Positions 8,359 through 18,123 are shown, counted from the first letter of the stretch. The stretch is DNA of 64,000 nucleotides from Gammaproteobacteria bacterium (GCA_965243395.1 CBDEUS010000001.1:1184001-1248000), one strand, 5' to 3'. A program made the numbers and translations. The notes: generated by a model from the letters alone, not told the origin.

Positions 8359-9099
8359 ATGACAAACATTCTAGAAGTACAAGGACTCACCACTGAAGTA
8401 AGTGGTTATACAATTCTCGATAACCTGGATTTTAGTATCGAAGAAAATGAGTTACGTGTAGTACTCGGACCCAATGGCGCAGGAAAAACGACGTTGATCG
8501 ATATGATAACTGGTCGTTATAAACCAAAATCTGGAAAAATAATTTTTGACGGTGAAAACATTACCAATAATCCACCTGATAAAATTTTTGTCAAAGGTAT
8601 TAGCCGAAAATTTCAAGTCCCAAATTTATACGAGACATTATCTGTGTACGATAACATCATGGTTTCTTTAAAAGGACGTCGTAAAGTTTTTAAATCATTA
8701 TTTGGAAAAGTAACTAAAAAAGACAATGAAAGAATTTGGGAAATATTAGATTTCATAATGTTGGCAAACAAAGCCGAAGACAGTGTAGATACCCTGGGTC
8801 ATGGGCAAAGACAATGGCTGGAGCTCGGAATGCTTATTGCAGCAGAACCAAAGTTACTGTTATTAGACGAACCAACTACTGGCATGACCGCTGATGGTAA
8901 AGAAAAAACGGCTGAACTCATTCAGAAAATTGCAGAAAACCACGCTGTCATGTTAGTTGAACATGATATGGACATCGTTCGAAAAATTGCGAAAAACGTA
9001 ACTGTGCTTGCACAAGGTCAAACATTAGCAGAAGGTCCGCTTGCTGAAGTAGTAGAAAATGAACAAGTAAAAGCAGTTTATTTAGGTAAAGGACACTAA
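8359..9099 (+). CDS. ABC transporter ATP-binding protein (UrtD-like)
   Basis: Walker A GPNGAGKT, RKFQVP, LGHGQRQWLELGM, LLLLDEP, VEHDM. Confidence 0.93.
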   Translation: MTNILEVQGLTTEVSGYTILDNLDFSIEENELRVVLGPNGAGKTTLIDMITGRYKPKSGKIIFDGENITNNPPDKIFVKGISRKFQVPNLYETLSVYDNIMVSLKGRRKVFKSLFGKVTKKDNERIWEILDFIMLANKAEDSVDTLGHGQRQWLELGMLIAAEPKLLLLDEPTTGMTADGKEKTAELIQKIAENHAVMLVEHDMDIVRKIAKNVTVLAQGQTLAEGPLAEVVENEQVKAVYLGKGH

Positions 9100-9798
9100 A
9101 TGAGCTTGGAATTACAAAACATAGATACTTTTTACGGCACGAGCCATATTTTACATGGTGTATCTTTGAATATACCTGAAGGTGCAATGGTAAGTATTTT
9201 GGGCAGAAATGGAGTTGGAAAATCAACTTTACTGAAAAGTATTACAGGAATTAACCCTCCCCAAAATGGCTCGATCCTTTTTAATAATAATGAAATTACT
9301 AACCAAAAAACACATGAGCGTACTCATTCAGGAATAAGTTATGTACCCCAGGGAAGAGAAATTATTCCTGACATATCGATTTATGAAAATTTATTGGTTG
9401 CCATGCGTGGCAAAAAAAATAAAAGCAAAGCAATACCCAATTTTATTTTTGAATATTTCCCGGCCTTAGAACCTATCCAAAAACGCAAAGGTGGTGTTCT
9501 TAGCGGTGGACAGCAGCAACAATTGGCCATTGCACGAGCATTGGTACAAGAACCTAATCTATTATTATTAGATGAACCTACAGAAGGTCTTCAGCCTTCT
9601 GTTGTAGAAGAAATTGACGACATCATAAAACGCATTCATGCGGAAAGAAATTGCTCTATTCTCTTAGTTGAACAAAATTTGGATTTTGTTAGAGACGTTA
9701 CGCAACATTTTGCCATTATGGATCATGGGCAAATTGTTGAAGAAGGAGAAATTGAAAAACTATCAGATCAGCTTGCTAGCCAATACTTATCTGTATAA
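9100..9798 (+). CDS. ABC transporter ATP-binding protein (UrtE-like)
   Basis: GRNGVGKS, YVPQGREI, LSGGQQQQLAIARAL, LDEPTEGLQPS. Confidence 0.93.
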   Translation: MSLELQNIDTFYGTSHILHGVSLNIPEGAMVSILGRNGVGKSTLLKSITGINPPQNGSILFNNNEITNQKTHERTHSGISYVPQGREIIPDISIYENLLVAMRGKKNKSKAIPNFIFEYFPALEPIQKRKGGVLSGGQQQQLAIARALVQEPNLLLLDEPTEGLQPSVVEEIDDIIKRIHAERNCSILLVEQNLDFVRDVTQHFAIMDHGQIVEEGEIEKLSDQLASQYLSV

Positions 9799-10110
9799 TC
9801 AGAATCTATGAACAAAATTTCTGGCTTGTTGGTCATTGAGTAGTTTAATCACATCAAATAGATAAACATTTCCATCTAAATCAACAGCCTCGATTTTTCC
9901 GGTTCGAGTCCAATTTCCTGCAAAACTAGCAGTAACATTATGTTTGAGCATAACAAACCCACTCACTCGATATTCATTACTATTAGTGAAGACCGCGCCT
10001 TGAATAGGTCCAGAGCTCGATTGGGCTTCTACAAGATATGTTGCTTCCTCAGCAAAAGCTGACGTGCAAAGAAGTAGTAGGATTAGTGCAATCCCTTGCT
10101 TGAATATCAC
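9799..10110 (-). CDS. Small secreted hypothetical protein
   Basis: GTG at 10110 preceded by GGAGG, preferred over the track start at 10125; Sec signal ending SAFA; no recognised domain. Confidence 0.65.
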   Translation of the reverse strand: MIFKQGIALILLLLCTSAFAEEATYLVEAQSSSGPIQGAVFTNSNEYRVSGFVMLKHNVTASFAGNWTRTGKIEAVDLDGNVYLFDVIKLLNDQQARNFVHRF

Positions 10111-10248
10111 GAGACCTCCATTCAAATAATGGTATATCGAGCTTATCGGAACTTACTCTTATATATATAGAGAATATAGGCTGAATAAGCCTATTTAATA
10201 ATATGAGTGGTTATATTTATTCAGATTAGATACGAAGTGTAAATATGC

Positions 10249-10758
10249 TTAATTGAGCCTATAAATAGACTCTTTATTGAATACTTTATCGATAAAGATA
10301 TTGGCTTTGATATACATATATTTCCATTTAGAGACAGCAATTTCATGGCTACTAAATGATAAATAGGCATTCCCATTTTCAATGCTTATACCTTTTTCAT
10401 GACAGGCAAAATTCAATCGATCATATATATCACAAGCAGAGCTTAATATTCCCGTCCCCTTGCTTGAAAAAACAACCTTTTGCTTATTTGGGAAAACTTT
10501 ATAATTCAATTTAAGTGTACTAAGCTGGTTGGTTCTGCATAGCCTTTGTTCACTTAATTTTTTGTCTTTCTCTCTATACTCCCATACAGATTCGGATTCA
10601 TATTCCTTTTCACATAAAAGTACAAAGATAACTCCCGAGTTAGTGAATATTTTCCATGGTTGCCAATATAAAATAATAAATGCAGTTGCAATTAAAATTA
10701 AAGTAATAATACTTTTATATTTCTGCATTGATAATAAATAACTATTTAACTCAACCAA
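10249..10758 (-). CDS. Hypothetical membrane-anchored protein (start uncertain)
   Basis: 169-aa ORF with an N-terminal TM segment and four Cys; the track start overlaps the nitrilase stop. Confidence 0.55.
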   Translation of the reverse strand: MVELNSYLLSMQKYKSIITLILIATAFIILYWQPWKIFTNSGVIFVLLCEKEYESESVWEYREKDKKLSEQRLCRTNQLSTLKLNYKVFPNKQKVVFSSKGTGILSSACDIYDRLNFACHEKGISIENGNAYLSFSSHEIAVSKWKYMYIKANIFIDKVFNKESIYRLN

Positions 10759-11698
10759 GATTTAAAAGTTTTCTAGTAGATTTTTGATAATATTCTTTAC
10801 CAAATGTATTTAATTTATCCCATTCAGCAATAAACGCTTTTGGCATTTCAGGGATCCAATATTCATCAGAAATTTGCGTGCTAGGATCATGCACTTCATC
10901 TAAATTGATATCAGCGATAATAATACCTTCACCATCTTCTCGGGTCAGATTTGCAACTACATTACCCGCACTATCTACGATCATAGACTCGCCCAAATAA
11001 TGACTTACATATTTTTTTTCTTCACTAGGTGCAGCAAACCCTTCAAAATTTCCAGCATGTCCTGCATGAATAACAGGAACACCGAGTAAATTTGCAAAAT
11101 TAATAGGTGCTGATTTAAGTAACTCTAACGACTTTAATCGTAAAGAATTAAATTTATCAGGTGCAGACTCTGGTAGATTCCACCAACAAGAACCACTTAA
11201 TACAAACTTCACTTTACCAAGCAAACGTTTTGCAGTTCTTGTACGTAGCATTTCCCAACACAATGCAACTCCCACATCTCCAACACTTGTTTCCAACACA
11301 CCATCATCATCACCGCCTATGTAGTAACAATTTTCCCACATAGTAGGTATATCTTTATTGTGCAAACAAATGTTTCCATCAGGAAACACAAGTATAAATG
11401 TGTTAAAAACATCCTTATTTTGTTTAGCAAGAAATGACCCGCCAATAACAACATCAAGCTCACTTGAAAGTTTCTTAAATCGCGTTGCTACTTCACCTTC
11501 TAAAGGCAAAATAGAATCAACCATCTTTGGATGAAATGCACATGCTGAGGTAAAAAATTCAGGTAAAACAATCCAGTCAGCACCCTGCTCCGCAGCTTCG
11601 CGAATAAGTCGCTGTGCTGTTTCTATGTTTCTTTCAACATTGGCTAAATCAGCTTGCATCTGAACAGCCGCAAATTTAATTGTATGAATTTGTGACAT
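10751..11698 (-). CDS. Carbon-nitrogen hydrolase (nitrilase superfamily)
   Basis: AAVQM, VLPEFF (Glu), HNK (Lys), ALCWEM (Cys), GESMIVD. Confidence 0.9.
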   Translation of the reverse strand: MSQIHTIKFAAVQMQADLANVERNIETAQRLIREAAEQGADWIVLPEFFTSACAFHPKMVDSILPLEGEVATRFKKLSSELDVVIGGSFLAKQNKDVFNTFILVFPDGNICLHNKDIPTMWENCYYIGGDDDGVLETSVGDVGVALCWEMLRTRTAKRLLGKVKFVLSGSCWWNLPESAPDKFNSLRLKSLELLKSAPINFANLLGVPVIHAGHAGNFEGFAAPSEEKKYVSHYLGESMIVDSAGNVVANLTREDGEGIIIADINLDEVHDPSTQISDEYWIPEMPKAFIAEWDKLNTFGKEYYQKSTRKLLNLG

Positions 11699-11789
11699 TA
11701 TGGCTAATTCTTATTTATAATAGACAACATAATAACAACAAAAAGCACTAACAGTTGTTAATTAAATTAGTGCAACACGAGGGGGTTAT

Positions 11790-13745
11790 ATGGAAGCTAA
11801 AGTAATTTGGCTTTTCATTTTCGTATTTCTCTACTGGGCTTATTGCATCTATTGGGGAGTAAAAGGTGCGATCTCTGCTAAAACCGCCAGTGATTATTTC
11901 ATAGCAGGACGCGGAATTTCGATTTGGGTCTTTGTTCTTGCTGCTACAGCGACTTCATTCTCGGGATGGACTTTTATGGGTCATCCGGGTCTTTTATATA
12001 GAGACGGCTTTCAATACGCTTATGCATCCTTTTATGCAATAACGATTCCGCTTACAGGTGTAGTTTTTCTTAAACGACAATGGATATTAGGCAAACGTTT
12101 TGGGTTTGTAACACCTGGAGAAATGTTGTCAACCTATTTTAAGTCTGACTCTATAAGATTATTAGTTGTTTTAGTCGCACTCGTATTCTCTATACCTTAT
12201 TTAGGTGTGCAACTACGCGCTTCAGGATTTTTATTCAACGTGCTTACTGACGGTTTGCTTGGGGTTAACGTAGGAATGTGGTTACTATCAGCAGTAGTCA
12301 TAATCTATGTTGCTTCGGGTGGATTAAGAGCAGTTGCCTATGTTGATACGCTTCAAGCGATTTTGCTGGCATTTGGTATTGTTGCAATTGGTTTTATTGC
12401 ATTGAACTATGTAGGTGGATTTGAAAAGTTAAATGAAGGTATTGCAGCACTATCTACTATAGATGATAAACGCACACCTGCAGACTACAGTCACTACATC
12501 GCGATACCTGGTGTAATTCAGTTTGTAAGTAATGGTCCATCTGCCACAGGTGGTGCATGGACCGGCATTATGATTTTAACTTACATGTTTGCACTCATGG
12601 GTATTCAGTCTGCGCCTGCGTTTTCTATGTGGGCGTTTTCTAACAACGACCCTAAACCATTTGCACCACAGCAAGTTTGGGCATCTTCGTTTGCAATTGG
12701 CTTGATCATGATGGTATTTACTGCAATCCAGGGAATGAGTGGACATTTCCTTGGAGGAGATTTGAATTTCCTGGCAGCGCATCCTGAACTCGTAAACAAT
12801 GTGATGGCTGAAGGACTTCAAGGAAAAGATTTAATGGAGTCTGCTGGTAAACAAGGAATGTTAGTACCACAACTGATTCATTTATTAGGTGATACTGTTC
12901 CTTGGTTTGTGGGTTTGTTGGCCGTGTGCGCATTAGCAGCGATGCAATCAACTGGCGCTGCCTATATGTCTACTGCAGGTGGAATGTTGACGCGTGACAT
13001 TTTAAAAAGATATGCCATGCCGCACGCAACACATAAGCAACAAATCTTTTGGGGACGAGTTGGAGTTGTGTTAATCGTTCTCGCAGCATTAGTTGTAGCT
13101 ACCACTAGTAAAGACGCTCTTGTATTACTGGGTGGTTTAGCTGTCGCTTATGGTTTTCAAATGTGGCCAGCTCTCATCGCAGTTTGCTGGTGGCCGTGGC
13201 TAACACGCCAAGGAGTCGTAATTGGCCTCATCGCTGGTTTAATAGCTGTAACATTAACTGAAAGTATCGGCTCCCAATACATGCCTTGGGGAAGATGGCC
13301 CTGGACAATACATTCCGCAGGCTGGGGCATTTTCTTTAATTTGGGCTTAGCAATAATCATATCTGCCATGACGCAGTCAAATAACGATATGTCACATAAA
13401 ATGAAGTTTCACAATTTTTTGCGTGAACATACTGCTACAACAATGGCACATAGACAAAACTTAAAACCCATTGCTTGGATTATTGTTTTAGTTTGGTTCT
13501 TCTTTGGTATTGGTCCTGGCGCTGTGATTGGAAATACGATTTTTGGTAATCCTAATGATTCAACTTCTTGGATATTTGGAATGCCTTCAATTTGGGCCTG
13601 GCAACTCCTGTGGTGGGCCATCGGTGTCTTCATGATGTGGTTCTTAGCTTACAAAATGGGAATGTCTACGGTTCCTGATAAGGCAATTGAAGTTTTATAC
13701 GATGATATTGGTGATGTTGAAGATGCATCGTTAGATAATAAGTAA
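11790..13745 (+). CDS. Sodium:solute symporter (SSS) family protein
   Basis: DYFIAGR, ATATSFSGWTFMGHPG, GGLRAVAYVDTLQ, ALAAMQST; many TM helices; GAGGGG RBS. Confidence 0.92.
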   Translation: MEAKVIWLFIFVFLYWAYCIYWGVKGAISAKTASDYFIAGRGISIWVFVLAATATSFSGWTFMGHPGLLYRDGFQYAYASFYAITIPLTGVVFLKRQWILGKRFGFVTPGEMLSTYFKSDSIRLLVVLVALVFSIPYLGVQLRASGFLFNVLTDGLLGVNVGMWLLSAVVIIYVASGGLRAVAYVDTLQAILLAFGIVAIGFIALNYVGGFEKLNEGIAALSTIDDKRTPADYSHYIAIPGVIQFVSNGPSATGGAWTGIMILTYMFALMGIQSAPAFSMWAFSNNDPKPFAPQQVWASSFAIGLIMMVFTAIQGMSGHFLGGDLNFLAAHPELVNNVMAEGLQGKDLMESAGKQGMLVPQLIHLLGDTVPWFVGLLAVCALAAMQSTGAAYMSTAGGMLTRDILKRYAMPHATHKQQIFWGRVGVVLIVLAALVVATTSKDALVLLGGLAVAYGFQMWPALIAVCWWPWLTRQGVVIGLIAGLIAVTLTESIGSQYMPWGRWPWTIHSAGWGIFFNLGLAIIISAMTQSNNDMSHKMKFHNFLREHTATTMAHRQNLKPIAWIIVLVWFFFGIGPGAVIGNTIFGNPNDSTSWIFGMPSIWAWQLLWWAIGVFMMWFLAYKMGMSTVPDKAIEVLYDDIGDVEDASLDNK

Positions 13746-13762
13746 ACCATTTTTATCAATTC

Positions 13763-13990
13763 TTGAATTACTACTTCTTACTGTCTTTTCTTATTCTTGC
13801 CGTACTATTATTCATTCCTGTTAGCAAGCTGGTTTGGGTTACGAGTGTGCGCCGACTTGAAAAGAAAAATAACTCTAAACTATCTGAATCCGAAGTTAAG
13901 GGTCAGTTAAAACGTGCACGTATTATTGCAATTTTAATAGTTTTAGTTTTTTCATACTTGTTCAATTTAAGTTTAGGTATTCAGCCATAA
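13763..13990 (+). CDS. Small two-TM protein in the SSS operon
   Basis: TTG start; two hydrophobic segments around WVTSVRRLEKK; stop overlaps the TPR start (TAATG). Confidence 0.75.
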   Translation: MNYYFLLSFLILAVLLFIPVSKLVWVTSVRRLEKKNNSKLSESEVKGQLKRARIIAILIVLVFSYLFNLSLGIQP

Positions 13991-14568
13991 TGGAAAAAAC
14001 ACATTACAACTATTTAACTCGTGCAGCTTTATTACTAACTATAATATTTATTGGATGGTCTATTTATGATGGCGCATTAAAAGAAAAAACTTTAGGCGAA
14101 AGTACTTATCATGCCGCTAATAAATATTTTGAAGACGGCAGATATAAAGACGCTCTTCAATCATATAAACAAGCTGTAATTGATAACCCCAATTTGATTC
14201 ACGCGCATAGAGGAATCGCACGCTCATTAATGCAGCTTGGGCAACATAAAGAAGCATTACAAAAGTTTGATGAAGTCATTAATGAAGAGCCTGAATTTGG
14301 AGCTAGCTATGCAAATCGCGGGATCCTGAATGACCGAATAGGTAATTATGAAGCGGCCATTAGAGACTATGAAAAAGCTATAAAGCTAGACCCTAAATTA
14401 TCAGAAGGCCCTTCATGGATAACACGATTCCTTAGAAATCAAGCAGAGAAACCGCCTACAATAATAGATCGATTAACTTATTTGCAATCTGAAATGCAAA
14501 AACCAAAACATCAACGTCTATTAAAAATACCTGAGAAAGATAAACAGCAAAGGCCTTATAAGCTCTAG
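13990..14568 (+). CDS. Membrane-anchored tetratricopeptide-repeat protein
   Basis: N-terminal TM segment and about 3 TPRs (YANRGILNDRIGNYEAAIRDYEKAIKLDP). Confidence 0.88.
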   Translation: MEKTHYNYLTRAALLLTIIFIGWSIYDGALKEKTLGESTYHAANKYFEDGRYKDALQSYKQAVIDNPNLIHAHRGIARSLMQLGQHKEALQKFDEVINEEPEFGASYANRGILNDRIGNYEAAIRDYEKAIKLDPKLSEGPSWITRFLRNQAEKPPTIIDRLTYLQSEMQKPKHQRLLKIPEKDKQQRPYKL

Positions 14569-14729
14569 ATCAACTTAAATATATCGATAAACAAAACTCG
14601 CAAGCAAAATAATAACGCAATACAACCAAATAATAGATGTACAAAATTGCTATCGCCATTTACATCACGGTAAGTTAAACCGTGAAAAGCAATTGCAGCC
14701 GTTACTATTACAAATACCCAATCAAACAC
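14565..14729 (-). CDS. Unannotated 54-aa two-TM small protein
   Basis: Hand translation: MFDWVFVIVTAAIAFHGLTYRDVNGDSNFVHLLFGCIALLFCLRVLFIDIFKLI. Its GTG overlaps the upstream TAG (TAGTG) and it fills the gap exactly. Confidence 0.7.
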   Translation of the reverse strand: MFDWVFVIVTAAIAFHGLTYRDVNGDSNFVHLLFGCIALLFCLRVLFIDIFKLI

Positions 14730-15493
14730 TATTCGACTTTATAAAGTGAAACTGCATTTTTGTATAAGATATTTTCAACATCAGCTTGATCAAAATTATT
14801 CAATATAATTTCAATATCTTTACTATTAAATGGTCTTGGAGCACGAGTAGACGGGAGATCTGTGCCAAACATAAGACAATGAGTATTCACAGAGTATAAC
14901 TTTTGTAGAGCATTGGTCACATCAAAATCAACACGCCCAAATCCCGATGCTTTTACACGCACTCCTTTACTCGCAAGCTTTAATAGTTCGTTGAAACCTG
15001 ATTTTGTTAGCCCCAAATGATCAATAGATACTGAAGGTAACTTAATCAATTCTTGATACAAATCCATTAAATCATTTGAATCCAGGTACAATTCTATGTG
15101 CCAACCCGCAATTTCGTACACTCGATGTGCCAAATTGACTAACTCACTCATTTTGAAATTATTCAGTCTTTTCAAATTAAAACGAATAGCACGCACTCCA
15201 AGTTCATGTAAATCTGATATCTCATCGTCAAAAATGTTAGGTGATACTTGTATTACACCCACATAAGCAGGCCCAAGTTCTTTCAGTGCAGCTTTTAAAT
15301 AGTTTTGATCATATCCTTGAAAAGACCCGGAAATTACAGCACCTCCTATCAGGTTAACTCCCTCTAATTGAGATAAATACTCATTACAAGAGAAATTGTT
15401 GGGTAAATATCCATTATTCTCCACAAGCGCAAAGCGAGGGTCTATAATATGAAAATGGGCATCGAATATACGAATGTCTTTATATAAGTACAA
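14729..15493 (-). CDS. Amidohydrolase family 2 (2-pyrone-4,6-dicarboxylate lactonase-like)
   Basis: FDAHFHIIDP metal motif, SGSFQGYD, GVRAIRFN, IDHLGL, KASGFGR, FGTDLPSTRA. Confidence 0.87.
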   Translation of the reverse strand: MYLYKDIRIFDAHFHIIDPRFALVENNGYLPNNFSCNEYLSQLEGVNLIGGAVISGSFQGYDQNYLKAALKELGPAYVGVIQVSPNIFDDEISDLHELGVRAIRFNLKRLNNFKMSELVNLAHRVYEIAGWHIELYLDSNDLMDLYQELIKLPSVSIDHLGLTKSGFNELLKLASKGVRVKASGFGRVDFDVTNALQKLYSVNTHCLMFGTDLPSTRAPRPFNSKDIEIILNNFDQADVENILYKNAVSLYKVE

Positions 15494-15548
15494 AATTTCG
15501 AATCAATCTGTATCTACAAAATTATAATTATAACTTGAGGAGTAAATC

Positions 15549-15938
15549 ATGGCAGATGATAACAAAGCAAAGATATTAAAAATCTTTTTAATTGTTACCG
15601 GAATATTCTTTATTGTTGGAATTTATCCAATGATGAATATTATCGCACCAGAAAGCTGGGGATGGACGCCAAGACAAAGCGAATATGAAGAGATGATTAT
15701 CGTCATCTATGCAACACTGGGAGTATTCTTAATACTTGCCGCTAAAAATCCTAGCGAACATCGAAGCCTGTTATGGTTTACAGTTTGGTCCAGTATTGCA
15801 CATGGTGGCATCATGGCTTATCAAGCTATTACGAGTGAAGGTGGGCATGAACACGCTAATTTATTTGGAGATGTGCCTGCTTTGTTTGCAGTTGCGATTA
15901 TTCTTTGGTTTTTAATGCCCAAACGCACAGATGCGTGA
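15549..15938 (+). CDS. Four-TM membrane protein (DUF6632-like)
   Basis: IYATLGVFLILAAKNP.EHRSLLWFTVWSS..HGGIM and GDVPAL motifs; GAGGAG RBS. Confidence 0.75.
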   Translation: MADDNKAKILKIFLIVTGIFFIVGIYPMMNIIAPESWGWTPRQSEYEEMIIVIYATLGVFLILAAKNPSEHRSLLWFTVWSSIAHGGIMAYQAITSEGGHEHANLFGDVPALFAVAIILWFLMPKRTDA

Positions 15939-15945
15939 GTATTTG

Positions 15946-15965
15946 TTGCATCAGGGATGATGCAA
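15946..15965. terminator. Hairpin between convergent genes
   Basis: TTGCATCA-GGGA-TGATGCAA; weak U-tracts. Confidence 0.45.
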
Positions 15966-16007
15966 ACATTTTCACGCTTCAGATATTTGTGCGAAGCAGT
16001 AGTAACA

Positions 16008-16943
16008 TCAACTAAGGGCTAAATCATAATTAGCTGAGCAGTCCCACCTACATTCCTTTCGAAACCTGTCAGTAAGGAAGTCAATAAAACTCCTCACTTT
16101 TAGCGGTAAGTGCTTTTGGTGTGGATAAACTGCATATATTGGACTGGTATTTGGAGAAATCTCATGTTTTTTCAGAATCTCTTTTAATACACCTTGCTTG
16201 AGTTCGCCCCCAACAATCCAATGTGGAACGCAGATTATTCCAAGTCCTGCTATTGCAGCAGAAACCAAGGATTCCCCATCATCGACAACCACAGGTCCAG
16301 AAACTTTTATAGGTGTCGCTCCACGATTATTTTTAAACTTCCATACATGGCTACGATAATGTGAACCAAAATTAATACAGCTATGTCCCAGTAAATTCTC
16401 AGGAACTTTAGGTACATTGTTTTCCTTTAGGTATTTAGGACTGGCACAAATAACAATTCGAGCATCCGCAATTTTTTTTGCAATAAAACTAGAATCACTT
16501 AATTCGCCAACACGAATGGCTAAATCAATACCTTCATCTACGATATCAAGGTACTGATCGGAAACTATCATAGTTATTTTTACTGCAGGAAATTGTTTTT
16601 GATAGGCAGCTATCGCTGGAACGATGTGCCTTCGACTTAATCCCGCAGGAGCAGTAACACGAAGTACGCCACTCGGTGCTCCATCAATTTGTGAAACTGC
16701 CAGCTCGGCTTCATCTACCGCCTGAAGGATATTAGTGGCGTGATCGTGGAAAATGACTCCTGCCTCGGTCAAATTTAGCTTTCGAGTTGTCCGATGAAAT
16801 AACCTTGCACCAAGCTGATTTTCAATCTCATTAATCTGACGTGATACAGAAGATGGTGCTATATCGAGCTGTCTTCCAGCAGCAGAAAAGCTACCGGTTT
16901 CTACAACTCGTACAAACGACCTTAACGATTCCAAGTTTTCCAT
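16008..16943 (-). CDS. LysR-family regulator (CrgA/DmlR-like)
   Basis: HTH FVRVVETGSFSAAGRQL..SSVSRQI..LFHRTTRKLNLTEAG; DLAIRVG; KVRSFIDFL. Confidence 0.95.
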   Translation of the reverse strand: MENLESLRSFVRVVETGSFSAAGRQLDIAPSSVSRQINEIENQLGARLFHRTTRKLNLTEAGVIFHDHATNILQAVDEAELAVSQIDGAPSGVLRVTAPAGLSRRHIVPAIAAYQKQFPAVKITMIVSDQYLDIVDEGIDLAIRVGELSDSSFIAKKIADARIVICASPKYLKENNVPKVPENLLGHSCINFGSHYRSHVWKFKNNRGATPIKVSGPVVVDDGESLVSAAIAGLGIICVPHWIVGGELKQGVLKEILKKHEISPNTSPIYAVYPHQKHLPLKVRSFIDFLTDRFRKECRWDCSANYDLALS

Positions 16944-16954
16944 GAATTTATCTT

Positions 16955-16967
16955 TGCGTATTATGCA
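16955..16967. promoter_or_regulatory. LysR T-N11-A box
   Basis: TGC-GTATTAT-GCA inverted repeat in the divergent lysR/SDR promoter region. Confidence 0.55.
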
Positions 16968-17056
16968 TAAATGTTTATCAGAATATGCTGTTTATTGCAA
17001 TAGGTAATTTCTCTATTCTGTACCCATATTATTTAAATTACTCAAATGAGGTATTT

Positions 17057-17791
17057 ATGATGTTACAAAATGAAACAGTATTAATTACGGGTGCATCAAG
17101 TGGAATTGGGCTTGATATAGCACGAGGATTTTACGAGCAAGGTGCAAACCTTGTACTCAATTCACGCAACGAAGAAAAATTGAGAGAAGCTGCTAGTAGA
17201 CTTGGTTCTCCAAATAGAATCTTAGAAGTGCCTGGTAATATTGGTGATCCTGCTACAGGAAAATCAATAGTTAAAGCAGCGTTAAATCAATTTGGAACGA
17301 TTGATGTTCTGGTTAATAACGCAGGCACATTTGAAGTAAAGCCTTTTTTGCAGAATTCAGAAGAAGATATCGATCACTTTATTGATGGCAACTTGAAAGG
17401 CACGTACTTTGTCAGTCAAGCCGTTGTAAAAGCCATGAAAGAACAAGGTGGTGGTTCAATTATAAACATAGGAACCGTACTGGTAGACCACCCTTCAGCA
17501 AGTGTACCCGCATCAGCTGCATTAATTTCTAAAGGTGGAATTCATGCACTTACTAAAAGCTTAGCTGCAGAACTTGCTAAAGATAATATTAGAGTAAATC
17601 TAGTTGCGCCCGGTGTTATCCGCACCCCTCTTCATACTGATGAAGTAGATGAATTTGGAGAAGTTGCTCTAATGAATCGTGTAGGTGAGGTACAAGAGAT
17701 TACGGATGCAGTATTACATCTCGCATCTGCAACATTTACCACAGGAGTAGAACTTGCCGTTGATGGCGGATATCTACACGGTAGAGCATAA
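17057..17791 (+). CDS. Short-chain dehydrogenase/reductase
   Basis: TGASSGIG, NNAG, VAPGVIRTP, VDGG. Start moved to 17057 (GAGG RBS). The catalytic YxxxK appears as ALISK. Confidence 0.9.
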   Translation: MMLQNETVLITGASSGIGLDIARGFYEQGANLVLNSRNEEKLREAASRLGSPNRILEVPGNIGDPATGKSIVKAALNQFGTIDVLVNNAGTFEVKPFLQNSEEDIDHFIDGNLKGTYFVSQAVVKAMKEQGGGSIINIGTVLVDHPSASVPASAALISKGGIHALTKSLAAELAKDNIRVNLVAPGVIRTPLHTDEVDEFGEVALMNRVGEVQEITDAVLHLASATFTTGVELAVDGGYLHGRA

Positions 17792-17820
17792 ATTTATTAA
17801 TCAAATAAAAGGAGAAAACT

Positions 17821-18018
17821 ATGCCATATGTAAATTTCAAGCTAACGCCTGAAGGACTAACAAGGTCTAAAAAAGAAACTCTAATAAAAAAGGTGACCGA
17901 GCTACTGGTAACAGAGCTTGATAAGAAACCTGAAACAACATTTGTAACGATAGAAGAAGTCGATACAGATAATTGGGGAATTGGCGGAGTTCCGGTAACT
18001 GAGATTCGAAGAAAATGA
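17821..18018 (+). CDS. 4-oxalocrotonate tautomerase-family protein
   Basis: N-terminal Pro (MPYVN), IEEVDTDNWGIGG; AAGGAG RBS. Confidence 0.92.
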   Translation: MPYVNFKLTPEGLTRSKKETLIKKVTELLVTELDKKPETTFVTIEEVDTDNWGIGGVPVTEIRRK

Positions 18019-18123
18019 CCAATAGTATGTTAGCTGGTTTTATTGATTGCAGGATTGGGGACGCTTGTAATACCTAGCGCAGAAATCCTAGCTTGAAATA
18101 GAAAAACTGATTATAATTTAATC

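Noticed and set aside
4890-9798. Assigning urtABCDE gene symbols (urea transport)
   Set aside because: No urease nearby, and AmiR-type leaders plus amiE point to amides; substrate unproven.
10134-10169. sigma28 promoter before the small secreted protein (TCCGATAA / CTCGATAT)
   Set aside because: The -35 candidates (TATA at 15 nt, TAAG at 16 nt) are weak in AT-rich DNA; not supported enough.
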